Source of the DNA: Massalongia carnosa
Lineage: Eukaryota
Reading direction: 5' to 3'
Length of the DNA: 64,000 nucleotides
NCBI GenBank assembly: GCA_965645245.1
Contig: OZ287069.1
Coordinates: 1,736,001 to 1,800,000, forward strand
Shown here: piece by piece, positions 52,439 through 64,000 of the stretch
Position numbering within the stretch: position 1 is the first letter of the stretch
Layout of the letters: each line of letters opens with the position of its first letter
Program-made: the position numbers and the translations under genes
Notes under the pieces: generated by a model
Seen by the model: the letters and a program-made list of their open reading frames with translations, nothing else
What the model was told of the DNA's origin: nothing
Databases searched by the model: none

Positions 52439-52676
52439 TATCCAGTATCCAGTATCCAGTATCCAGTATCCAGTATCCGGTATCCAGTATCCAGTATCCA
52501 GTATCCAGTATCCAGTATCCAGTATCCAGTATCCAGTATCCAGTATCCAGTATCCAGTATCCAGTATCCAGTATCCAGTATCCAGTATCCAGTATCCAGT
52601 ATCCAGTATCCAGTATCCGGTATCCAGTATCCAGTATCCAGTATCCAGTATCCGGTATCCAGTATCCAGTATCCAG
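52439..52676. repeat. (TATCCAG)34 heptamer satellite
   Basis: 34 units, three with the variant TATCCGG (52474, 52614, 52649). Confidence 0.97.
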
Positions 52677-53949
52677 TGCCCAAGACACTCTGCACCTTTT
52701 ACCGTACGACCTCGGTAGCACTCAGGTACAGAGTATGGATCACAGATACGAACGAGACTTGGAGCGGGCCTGCTGACGTTGTAACGAAATCAACCAACCA
52801 GGAGGACTCGGTACACAGTAAGTACACAGCACGTTGTGCCGAGTAGGTGTACTCTGCACTTCGTCGAAGACGAAAGCCTTGAATGGTTAGATACCTACTC
52901 TTCTCCCTTCTCCACCACCGTAGCCAAAAGCAAAGCAGGTAGGACGGTATTGCTTGCACACAATGATCAACAGTTGAGACCACACGGTCTCCTTCTCATA
53001 CGCGTTCGATATCTCCAAAGGCTAATGTTGGGTCTTGCGTGCGGGTACATTGAGATTGGCGAGGAAACAGAGAAGTAACTAGCGTGAGGTAAAATTGGGG
53101 GCGCAACGCAACGGCTGTGGGCGCTCGGTACGAGGTACAGTCGTCCGCGCAGTTGATGCGGTAACGGCTTGGTATGAGCAGAACTACTTCGCACTTCGTA
53201 CTCGATATGTACTCGGTCGACGGAAGGATCAAGGCGAGAGGCAGAATACCGCGATGCAGTGATTGATCATGTCGCACTGAGAGCGTCTGCTCAGCTTTAG
53301 TTATCCATTTCTTTTGTAGCACTATCCTGGCTCATTCGATTGTACTCCATAAACTGGCTACTGCATCGTCCAGGCTGGCGTCACATCGTTTACATGGGTA
53401 AGGCAGCACAGAAAGGTACCTCCCGTACGTCCAGGTCGGAAATAAGACAACGCCTTTTACAGCTGCTACCCAAAAGTTAAAGGTTGCTCCACTCGGCCGA
53501 ATCAGGTCGCGAATGAAGCATCAAACTGTGATTCTATTGAGCTAGCTCGTGATTCAGGCCCTGTTGAGAGTGGATGTGGGCGATGGCTAAAGCAATGAAA
53601 AAGTAGCCTGATGGGTGCCCAAGGCTAGCTAATGCTGGCCATAGGGCCCGAGGCCCAGAAATAGATTTCTTCCACATCAATTATTCCACCCAGCTTTCTC
53701 CCCGAGGCTCAACCCCCCCATGTGCATTCAGAGATTCAACATCAGCCCAAAGCCCAAACTAGCCCGATCCACATAAACTCAAAAAATCCCACCAGACTCG
53801 TCCTTGGCCAATCTTTGAGCAACAGCCTCAGGTCTTCTATGACCCAGACCGCTAGACGGGTTACAGGTCCCTTGCAGTTTACCTGCACGGGATACGGACA
53901 CGAAGGCGTTGGCTCACGAGTTACGGAGTAATTCGTCAGGATTTCCTGT

Positions 53950-55099
53950 TTACCGCGGGCGAGATTGTGTGCGGTTATCAAGCATCATTCTCACTGCAAG
54001 AATCTCCGATTCCTTGTAGCTGCCTTGATTTGTTGGCAGCGCAATTTCTGCAAGTCTTGAGATTGCTGTCTCATTTAATTGATTCAAAGTGTGCAAAGAA
54101 GGTACCGTCAAATCGCTAACGTCGGCATCTGTAACATGGGCTGGAGAGGGATTCTTGGAGAGAAGAGCTATTAAACGATCTGAAGCCTGGAAGAAGTTCA
54201 ATTGGTAAGTAAATGGACGACCAAATGCTGCAGGTTTTGCTTAGCTCACCAACTTCAATCCATAGTATCCGCGGAGGTAGCCGTCACATAGCTCAACGCT
54301 CCTGCAAAAGCGTCGTACAGATTCAGCAAGCACTTTAGCAGCGTTACTCTCGCTGCCAGCTGCTGCAGACGCATATAGAATCTCGCCCAAACGTGCATGT
54401 ATCTAATACGATTAATGAATGGCTTGAGAAAATCATATAAGTTGACCATGCGAAAGCTTACATTCCAAGCATTTGGAGCTACTAAGAGAACTTCTTCCAA
54501 GCAATATTCGGCTTGGGAATACAGCCCTTTCGACAGATATAGGTCTGAAAGCTCAGCCCAAGCCTCAATGTCAGTAGGCGAAGCCTCTAACAGCTCCACA
54601 AGAGCATTGATAGCATCGGCGGTTCGCGACAGACAAGAGAGAAGCGCAACCCGACGTTTCATCATTGGCTGGCGGAGGTAAGGTTAACCATTGATCCGAT
54701 GAAAAGCAATGGAGAGACGGGGCATACGGTATTTCCAGGGTCTTCGGCCAAAACACTGTTGTATTCTTGCAGTATTCCCTCCAGCGCCAACTGATCCTTA
54801 GCAACAGCTTCCTGGTAAAGCCCCCTGAGGCCCATAATGTGCTCGTTGGTGGCACCAAACCGATCCGTAAGCCTTTCGAGACATTGATGTGCAGATTTGT
54901 CGTCTCCTGTCTGTAAACAAGATAGCAGCAGTTTCTCCAACGTAGTCCAAGTTTCCGTAGACTCAACAGAGGAAATGAATGGAATGGACACCAAGGGTTT
55001 CGAAGACGGGGCATCTCGAAGGTATTGTGCGGCTTTTTGCGATAAGTTGAGAGCTTCATAGTTAGTTACGCTCGAAGAGCCGAATGGCTGCAGAGCCAT
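53950..55099 (-). CDS. EMC2: ER membrane protein complex subunit 2 (TPR protein)
   Basis: LEKLLLSCLQTGDDKSAHQCLERLTDRFG, KRRVALL, PTDIEAWAELSDLY, YCLEEVLLVAPNAWN and ELCDGYLRGYYGLKL; three introns. Confidence 0.85.
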
Positions 55100-55551
55100 G
55101 TTTTCGAATGAAAGGTGCAATGCTGGGTGTAATTGAGAAGATCGTGGTATTTTTCAGTCATTGTGCATCTACCAAGTTACTTCTCTGTCGCAACAATGTC
55201 ATAAGAACTAAAGGCGCAACAACTTAACAGGTACTCTGTAGGGTTAGATGCAGTGAATTCGTTTATCTAACGACAAATTTAGCTGTTGCTACACCTCGGT
55301 TTGATGCTGCCACACTTTTGTTGGTACAAGACCCAGCTGATATGACGACTAACAAAACCTGCACATGGCCATTCGCCTACCAACCTACCGAGTAAAGGTA
55401 CTCGATATACTTGGGGACAGAATTCTTTTGAAGGACTTAAATTTACTGTCAAAAACACTCTATGAGTGTTTGGAAATGACCATCTAATCGGACAGTAAAC
55501 AACTTAGCGATCGATACTGATACCGGCCAACCTTGAGGTTCTTTGAGAGCA

Positions 55552-58500
55552 ATGTAGGACATGCAAAATTCTTTAGGATACAAATGCTGATTCGACGTAG
55601 GTTTGAGAAATCCTTATATGACCTTATCCGAGGTTTACGGAATCACAAAGACAATGAAAGAGACTATATTCAGCATAGCCTTCGGGAATGTAGATCGGAA
55701 ATCCGAGGCCCTGATATGGGTACATTGGACTTGATTCCAGCGGTTAAGAGACAGACCACTTACTGGACTTAGACCTGAAAGCTACGGCCTTACTGAAGCT
55801 TATATATCTCGAAATGTTTGGGCATGATATGTCTTGGGCGTCGTTTCATGTGCTTGAGGTCATGTCGTCCTCGAAATACCATCAGAAACGAGTGGGATAT
55901 CTTGGAGCTGTCCAAAGCTTTCGGTCGGATACCGAGGTTTTGATGCTGGCAACCAACCTGTTGAAGAAGGTGATAGGTATGTTCGGAACCCGTTAGAAAT
56001 CGACGTTGATTGAATCTTCAGGATATCAACTCGCCGCTTCCGCCTACAATATCTCTGCCCATTGCCGCTCTTCCCCATGTTATCACCTCATCATTGGCTC
56101 TCTCGCTATCGTCTGATCTGTTACCTAGATTATCACACTCAAAGCCAGGAATCAGAAAGAAGACGGTGGCTGCTCTGTATCGGCTTGCTTTGGCTTATCC
56201 TGATACGCTGCGCTCAGCATGGCCGAAAATAAAGGACCTCCTCATGGATGAGGAGGAAGACTCGAGTGTCACGGCAGCAGTTGTCAATGTAGTTTGTGAG
56301 CTTGGATGGCGGAGGCCTCGGGACTTTTTGCCGCTTGCTCCTAGACTTTTCGATCTGCTGGTCGAGGGGGGGAACAATTGGATGGCTATCAAAATAATAA
56401 AATTAGTTCGTATCCTATTCATTCCTGGAAATTTATGCTGAATCAAGTGTAGTTTGCTACATTAACGCCGTTAGAGCCCCGTCTTATAAAAAAGCTGTTA
56501 CCGCCGTTAACCACTCTCATCCGCACCACACCCGCAATGTCCCTTCTTTACGAATGCATAAATGGCATCGTCCAGGGTGGAATCTTAGAAAGCACTGATG
56601 GAGTTCACGAGGGAGAAGAAATCGTTACTTTATGTGTTGACAAACTCCGCGGCATGATCATGATCGAGGGTGATCCAAACCGTGATTTGTCCCTGTAGCT
56701 CCTATTATGTCAACCGCTGAAATTCACACAGTCAAGTATGTCGCGCTCCTTGCCTTCAACAAGATAGTGACTTCACATGCATACATTGTTTCGCAACACC
56801 AAGATGTCATTATGCTTTGTATCGACGACCCGGATATCTCAATACGTCTCCAAGCTCTGGAACTCGAGGCTGGAATGGTTAACAATGATAATTTGGTGCC
56901 TGTGGTCGAGCGCTTAATGAAGCAGCTGCGAAGCAGCCCCCTCTCGGTCAAAGATTTTAGCAATTCTCCAACTCGCACTATTGATAGCGAGCTCGTGCTA
57001 GAGTCCGAAGGAGAAGACTCTATTGAAACACTTCAGCTCCAAAAGAGCAGCATAGATCAATTTCCTGCATTACCTACGGAATACAGAATCACGGTTATGC
57101 GCAAGATAATTGAAATGTGTTCTAAGGATACTTATGCTAACATTGCTGATTTTGAGTGGTATCTTGAGATACTGGTGCAGTTAGTCGGGTCCCTGCCTTC
57201 CGTTAGAAGGCTTACTGCCGAATCTCCAGATGGCGATTTTCATTCTCTCCATGAAGGACAGAATCCCGGTGAGGAAGATATATCAAGCGCCATCGGTTGG
57301 GAGTTGCGTAACGTGGCAGTGAGGGTAAGTACAATCAGAACAGAAGCGGTCGCTGCTGCCGTAAGAACAATCAATCTGTGTCAACGAGAAAACTTGCTTA
57401 CGACAGGTTTTTCTGGCGGCAGTGGGGTCCTTGGCTTTGCAGTATGGATTGTGGGAGAGTTTGCCGCCAATGTTCGTGACGTGCATGAGACGTTGAACTC
57501 CTTGATCAATCCACAAGTGCGGTCGCTACCTGCTACAACCATAAGTGCCTACTTGCAAGCAGTCCCCAAGCTCTTAGCGTTCATAGCTACGAAGAAAGGG
57601 CCATCATGGAACATGGAGCGCAAGACCATGATATCCTTATTGCTCGCCAGAGTACTTCATTTTCTTGAGCCCTTGACGGCGCACCCCAACTTGGACGTTC
57701 AGGAAAGGTCAGTAGAGCTGGCCGAGCTAATAAAAGTAACATCCCAAGCGGTTAATAATCATGATGGAGAACTTGGTTATGGTCCGCTTCTGTTGACTAA
57801 AGTTATACCATCCCTTTTCGCAGGATCTAATTTGAACCCAGTCGCACCAACAGCTCAGAAAAAGGTTCCTCTCTCCAGCAATTTGAGTTTGGATACTCCA
57901 TTCAATCAGAATCTCTCCAGCCTTCTTCATCTTGTAGATTCCGACAGCCCTGCAGATATGGAGCATGTCGAGTTTAAAAATTTTTACAGCCATCGCGGTG
58001 GCCGAAAGCCTGACGTCAATGCGGCATTTGATAGTCTACTGATACACGAACCGGCAGCAATATCTTACCAGCAATCGGAAGATGATTTACTAGATTCGGA
58101 TGTTTTTGTCAAAAAACGAATCGAACGTCGGAGCAGGAACAGGGACGACCCTTTCTATATTGGGAACGAGGAGCATTCTTCCGGAACTTCGACGCCTTTC
58201 CATGAAATCTTAAAGCTCAACAATGGGGGGGAACTTAACGTTGACTCAATACCAATCATGCATCTAGATCTTGGTGAAAGGGTTCAGGATGACAACAAGG
58301 TGGATCTGAAGGTCCCAAAACCAAAACACAGGTCGTCTCGAGCGTACGTGATTGCTGACGATGAGAACATTGATATGATTGATTCATCAATGGATCAACA
58401 AGACCCTGATGCTGGACATCCTAAGCAAAACTCATACCCATCACCGCGAAAGCAGGGCAGAGTCAAAAAGTCTTTGCTGGAAGTGGATTCGAGCAGAATA

Positions 58501-58821
58501 GGAAGTTATTCGATAAGTGGCGTTGGGCTAAATAGTGAATACCCTGAAATAGGTTTCCAAGGAACTGAGGACGAAGAAATGGAAAAGGCGCTGAAAGAAA
58601 TCGAACGCTTACGTCTGGAGATGCAACGTGCTTCCGAACGGACTGAAGCATCTAGTGGAATCCCCCCTGGCGGCACGTTGATAAAGAAGAGAAAAAAGAA
58701 GAAGCGGAACGTACAGAATAATTCCAAAGAACTGCCAGAGGCGCACGCGGTCGGACCAGCTTTACAAAATGATCTTGGGGTAACGGCGGACATGACCGTG
58801 AAGCGCAAACTGCACACATAA
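55552..58821 (+). CDS. APL5: AP-3 adaptor complex delta subunit
   Basis: MFEKSLYDLIRGLRNHK, EMFGHDMSWASFHVLEVMSS, NNWMAIKIIKL, IDDPDISIRLQAL and LNPVAPTAQKKVP; five introns, the first at 55554-55600. Confidence 0.95.
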
Positions 58822-59229
58822 AAGAAGTTAGTTGCGCCTTTCAGGTTTGACAACTCTTTTTGAAACTGTACATAGAGTGCTTGCGGGCTTACGACAAGGG
58901 GTTGGGCCCGTTGTGGAGCCCTAGATCCCGTGATCCCTTTAATTACCTTAATGCTTATTGGCTGTGTTACCGGCCTACAAACTATCTAATCTAGTCACTT
59001 TGAGTACAAACGTCTAAGGAGCACTTTGATAAGATTACTTTTAGATTTACACTTAGTGTATCGATAACAATGAGGAGAGTACGGAGTACTCCGTACCTTG
59101 TATACAACACTGACCGGATTCTTAGCGAGATAATTTGGATACCAAAAAAACCTTTCCATTACGAAACGTTATCAAATCTATTTTACTACCAGCTAAAAGT
59201 AGTTGGTTGTTCGTAGGCTATATCTCAAG

Positions 59230-61099
59230 ATGGCCGATACATCTGGATCGCTGGTTGCGCCAGATCAGGTGCCACATGGTTTGTATTCATCATTAGGCCC
59301 TTGGCACACTTTGACTAATTAATGATAATGTAGATAAAGAATGGGAGCGGAAACAGCGATTGCGAGAATACCGAGTAGCTGCAAGGCGAGAGAAAAGAAA
59401 TCGTAAATCGGATGAAAAAAAACAACGGAAACTCAATGCCACCATCCTCCGGCGAATGGTCATCATCCAACCTTCCAATAGATCACAGCAATCAGCTAAC
59501 TTTTGTTAGTGTAGACACGCAACCCTGAAAAATATACCAAGAACGCCGAGCGCAACCGCCTACGTGACATTGAGACCGAAAGGCGAAAAATACGGGCTGA
59601 AGCTGTTAGGCAAGCGCAGCGCCTTGCAGCAGAATACGACCCGGATGGAACCTCTTTCAATGTGGATCCTGTTGTAAAGCAGGATGATGGTAGTGTTATA
59701 TCCCTAGAAGTTCTGCGTAAAAAGCAAGAGAGAGCAGCTCTCGCACAGGTGAAGAATGAAGGACCGGAGGGTCAATCTGTTATTGAGACGGTTCAGCCTG
59801 GCGGTCAGATTAGCTACGTGGAATACCAAAGTTCGTTAACGACCGCCCCAAACGGTATTAACGCGGATCGTTTTGCGCAGATGGATATTGGAAAACCGGA
59901 GTCCGCAAAGAGTATTAGCAAGACGCAGTTGAAGAAGCGATCAGAATTAGCCCCTCGGCCTCCGCCCAAGAAGCCCGTTATCCCAGCAGGCATCTCAATT
60001 CCCGAGGGCGAAGAGAATTGGCTCGCACTATGGGATCTTCCTGATGACCAGCTGGAGAGGAGGGTTATGAGGGAGAGGAAACGCAAGGCGGCCGAGAGGA
60101 AAGCGCTACGAACCAAGCAACAGACAGGAAAAGTTGAGCGCCGCGTAGCCAGAGATGAGAAAAGGAGGATATATCGAGAGGTCAAGTTAACATGGAAGGC
60201 CATCAAAGGTAAGTTGCAGTTGCTCACAAGCCCGATAACCGCATATGCTAAGTTCCAATCTGCAAATAGAGGAGCAAACAAAGGAAAAGACAAGATTGAA
60301 GGCTATGGAAGAAGAGGAGTCAAAGAAGATTGCGGTCGATGTGAATATCTTTGAACGGAAAGCGGCGCTTGATCATTGCGCGAAGCTAGGGTTTACGCTC
60401 GCAAACACTCCTGGAGTAAACGACATCAAGCCTCGCGCTTTGGGCATGAAAGGTATTGAAGTGGACTTTGATGCTCTGGATGTTGGAGAAAGTCGAAGCA
60501 CCATACAAAAAAAATCGACCAAGAAGCGAGTTGACCTTGGTAATGCTCCGAAAGATGCACAGACTCAACTTATTTCCAGCGGCCCGCAACAGAATGGGGT
60601 GGGCCAGGAAGAATTCATCAAGCTTGATGTGGGCGATGGTCAAGATTTCGAAAGTTTAAACTATAATCACAAGCTTAGACGTAAGCTGCGAAGGGCGATT
60701 GATAGTGCGGAGGTGCGTAAGGAGATACTTATCCGCCAGCGTGCTCTCGATTACTATACAGAAAACAACATGGACCACCCGGCGGTTCTCCTGACACCTC
60801 CTAAACCGCTCCATATCAAAGGCCAACGAATCTTGGAGAATGGCACGCTCGAAACTGCCAAGCAAGAGAGGGTACGAGCAAGGATGGAACTTGCGGAGTA
60901 CAATCTAGCTGCTCGGGTACTGAGAAAGCAAGCTAAACAAGTTGCTATGGAAGCGGGGCTGAGAAAACACGCAGAGTTGACTGGGAAACTGTCTTCGGCA
61001 AGCCTTTCCGCAAAGGAAGAAAGTAGCATAGGAACTCAGGCTCAAGCTGCTCCTGATCGGCACGATAGACTCAACCCTTCCTTGAAGCCGGAGGTATAA
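59230..61099 (+). CDS. Conserved hypothetical basic/coiled-coil protein
   Basis: MADTSG.. start. Introns near 59269-59332, 59459-59514 and 60209-60269 join ORFs 59662-60354 and 60245-61099. Motifs EENWLALWD and LNYNHKLRRKLRRA. Confidence 0.75.
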
Positions 61100-62885
61100 A
61101 GCGATTGTCAGATTCCAAGTTCTCATTTCTGATGTCGATCCAGAACATGAACAATCATCTCTATTGACTCTACCCCATTTTCTTTCTTTGTCCGCCGCTT
61201 CTTCTCCTCCTCCCCTCTCTAGAACACCACAAAAACCCCCCTCCCCGCTTCCCACCACCGCATATTTCCGTCAGATCATCATCATCATCACTCCCACTCT
61301 CCCAAAGATCCGGTAGCCCGCAAAACAAACCAACCCAACCCATCCAACCCAACCCCCCCCAATCAACCTCCATCTTCCCTCCCCGCCCCCGCTACTGCTG
61401 CCCTCCTCTCACCAACCCGTGATGCTATCTCATCAAGAGTCGTCAGACCATAAATGCGACTCTCTCTCCGAGCACAAAGTGTCGCTGCTTTCAAAGCCAT
61501 CAAGCGAATAGAACTTCGCTCGAAGCCTGTGGGGTTTGAATGGGAAAAACGAGGTAAGGTGATTTGGGTCTGGAGGGTGAGGATTTTGGGGTGGGGGCTG
61601 AACGTTGGCTGAGTACGTAATGGATTAGCAATACCACTCAGTCCACAGGACTGAGTGCCAGCTACGCGGCACGGATAGTACAGTACAAGACCTAGTAAGT
61701 TCAACTAGATCGTATGTGAAGAAATATTTTTCTACATCAGGAACTGTTGTTTCTTCTCCCTCCGCCCTTCCATTTTCTTTACTTTTCGTTTGATCTATCT
61801 ATCTGCTTTTTCCATTTACGTGCTTGGTGATTTGTTATTCCCCGCCAGCGTTATCTCCATAACTACCAAGTCCTGGGCCTGCAATGCCAGCTAGAATCAT
61901 TCAAATACATACCAAGGGCCCAATGGTATGAGAGATATGTACTTTTCCTGTTACGAGTCGGTGCGATACATCCATCAGAGATGTGAAAGAGTCGGCTAAA
62001 CAGTAGGGGCACGTTTCTTGTTGGAGAGTTCTAGGTACAGAGTACGTCTACAGAGTACGGCGAGTCGTACCTCTACATATTTGTCCCACAATTCCGGCAT
62101 AACTCGTAGAAAAAGAACGAATAATCATTTCCTCTGTTCTATGTTAAACGATGTCAAGCAAGCTACCACGAAGATTTTGTTTTTGGTTGGATGTTTCTCG
62201 CTGCTGGGTGGTGATCAGGCTTCATAGGACATGGAACTTTCAAGGGAAAGCAACTCTATGTTCCATGCTATATACTTGGCCAATGCGACTAGCCTCTCCT
62301 AGCGTTCGTGGTCGCGTCTCCAACATCGTCCATGTTTCTGTGTTTGCGTGTTTGCTTGCTTGTTGGTGTATGTGTTCGAGCGTTTGCTAGACGCCCCAAA
62401 CAAGCGCTATCGTTCCCTTCTTGAACCCTTCTTGAAGGACCACCATTGATTCCTTTCCTCTGCCTCTAGAAGTTTATTGTTATTTGGAGTATGTTCATGT
62501 TATAAATCTCATCTTCTCTACTGAAAGTGGTGCTCAACAACTAAAAGTTTCCGATTCTTTGTCGATACTATAAAGATTCAAATTGTGCTCCTATCATAAA
62601 TGCCGTCTAACCGTTGGAATGCGACAAATGCTTTCTCGGGATTTCTTCGACGTTACATAGCGATGATTTTTGTCAAAGTAGGTGTTCTGAGTCACATGGT
62701 ATGAATCAGGCCTAGTGCCATGAGAAGGGCGTGTGAAATGCCTCTTAAACTTCTCCAAATCTAGGTTTCTTTTCTCTCACAGCTTTAAATATTAATCTAC
62801 TCAACCATTTCCAAAAATCTCCAACGCCAAAGCTCATTCCCAAGTGCTCATTCTGCAACGAGCATCCTACCCAATCCTAACCCCC

Positions 62886-63545
62886 ATGGCATCAAACATG
62901 GAGATCATAATCGCCAAGACCAAGAAAATGGTCGAGAAGCAGATGTCCAGCTACGACGCGTCGCATGATTTCAACCACATCGAACGCGTCCTCGCCCTTG
63001 CGCTCAAGATCCAAACCGCTGAACAAACCATCCACCCAGAGCGCACCTTCAACACGCCCCTCGTCACCCTCAGCGCCCTCTTACACGACATCGGCGACCA
63101 CAAATACGTAAAGCCCCAGGAAGACAGCACTCTCCTTGCCGCCTACTTCCTCGAATCGATCGGTGCCGACCATATCCTCGCCACCACCGTCCAACGCATC
63201 GTCAACCATGTCTCCTACTCCCTCGAAACCAGGGACCCCGCGGCCGTGCAGCGGGCGATTGCTGAGATCCCGGAACTCGCCATCGTGCAGGACGCCGACC
63301 GCCTGGACGCGTTGGGAGCCGTCGGCATCGGACGCGCCTTCATCTACGGTGGGGCTCGACCGGCGCCGGACGAGGGGATCGAGAAGGCGGTGCACCATTT
63401 TGGGGAAAAGCTATTGCGCTTGGAGGCACTCATGAAGACGGAGAGCGGGAGGACGATGGCGAGGGTGCGGACGGCGAGGGTGAGGGCGTTTGTGGAGTGG
63501 TGGAAGGACGAGATGGCGGAGGCGGGGTTCTCGGGAGGATCTTAG
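62886..63545 (+). CDS. HD-superfamily metal-dependent phosphohydrolase
   Basis: DASHDFNHIERV, ALLHDIGDHKY, IVQDADRLDALGAVGIGR and HFGEKLLRL; intronless. Confidence 0.92.
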   Translation: MASNMEIIIAKTKKMVEKQMSSYDASHDFNHIERVLALALKIQTAEQTIHPERTFNTPLVTLSALLHDIGDHKYVKPQEDSTLLAAYFLESIGADHILATTVQRIVNHVSYSLETRDPAAVQRAIAEIPELAIVQDADRLDALGAVGIGRAFIYGGARPAPDEGIEKAVHHFGEKLLRLEALMKTESGRTMARVRTARVRAFVEWWKDEMAEAGFSGGS

Positions 63546-63786
63546 GAGGGGGGGGTAGGAGGGAGGTTTTTTATTTGGGGGGGGGGGCTCTATTCTGAAA
63601 GCCTGTCTCGCTATGTATGATCCGAGCGTAGTTATGTAAGTGAGCGTATAACCCAATGATTTGGGAGAAGAAGGAATAAACATGGCAACAACAACAGCAG
63701 CAGCAGGATTACTGTATAAGCAGTTCCTTGTCCCCTACCTAGTTCACTTATATCAAGTAAACACAACCGTGTTGCTGTAGTAGGAC

Positions 63787-63819
63787 GAGGAGGAGGAGGA
63801 GGAGGAGGAGGAGGAGGAG
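63787..63819. repeat. (GAG)n microsatellite
   Basis: Uninterrupted gag/gga triplet run. Confidence 0.85.
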
Positions 63820-64000
63820 ATGGCGAAGAGCGCATATAAGAAAGAAAAAGAGAAAAAAGAGGATCCCATGAGTGAGTGAGTAAGTGAGTGAGTGAATGAA
63901 CGGAGGCCGGAAGAAATGAAATATCCGAGGGGAAGATATATATATATTATACCATTGTCATGAGAAACTTAACCATGCAACCAACAAGGAAAATCCGGAA

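Noticed and set aside
52439..52676. CRISPR array or telomeric repeat
   Set aside because: No spacers, eukaryotic context, and the unit is not TTAGGG-like.
52258..52846. ORFs with (ILDTGYW)n or (YPVSSIQ)n repeats
   Set aside because: Translation artefact of a stop-free 7-bp satellite: it is open in several frames on both strands, with almost no synonymous variation.
61170..61704. Minus-strand ORFs downstream of the coiled-coil gene
   Set aside because: No ATG-initiated coherent model or recognisable domain.

Overview
Gene-dense, intron-containing region of a filamentous ascomycete (Pezizomycotina) genome, judged from short GT-AG introns with CTRAC/CTAAT-type branch sites and the gene content. 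It holds about 16 host genes: Rgd2-type RhoGAP, CDC6, a large conserved hypothetical protein, a C2H2 transcription factor, a GprK-like 7TM-RGS protein, a SWIM-finger protein, PXR1, a synaptojanin-like phosphatase, EMC2, APL5, an HD hydrolase and several hypotheticals. Six cut-and-paste DNA transposons lie between them: a decayed Fot1/pogo element, an inverted pair of near-identical pogo elements (one intact), a Mutator-like element with an 8-bp TSD carrying a nested Tc1 element, and a second Tc1 element. The most unusual signal is non-coding. The 9-mer family TA-C[ACG]GAG-TA occurs about 27 times (hand count), only in intergenic DNA, and often chained in 7-bp register. One variant equals TSD + first 5 nt of the nested Tc1 TIR + TSD. 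A 34-copy (TATCCAG)n satellite starts in register with such a chain. All coordinates and splice models were read by eye and need computational confirmation.
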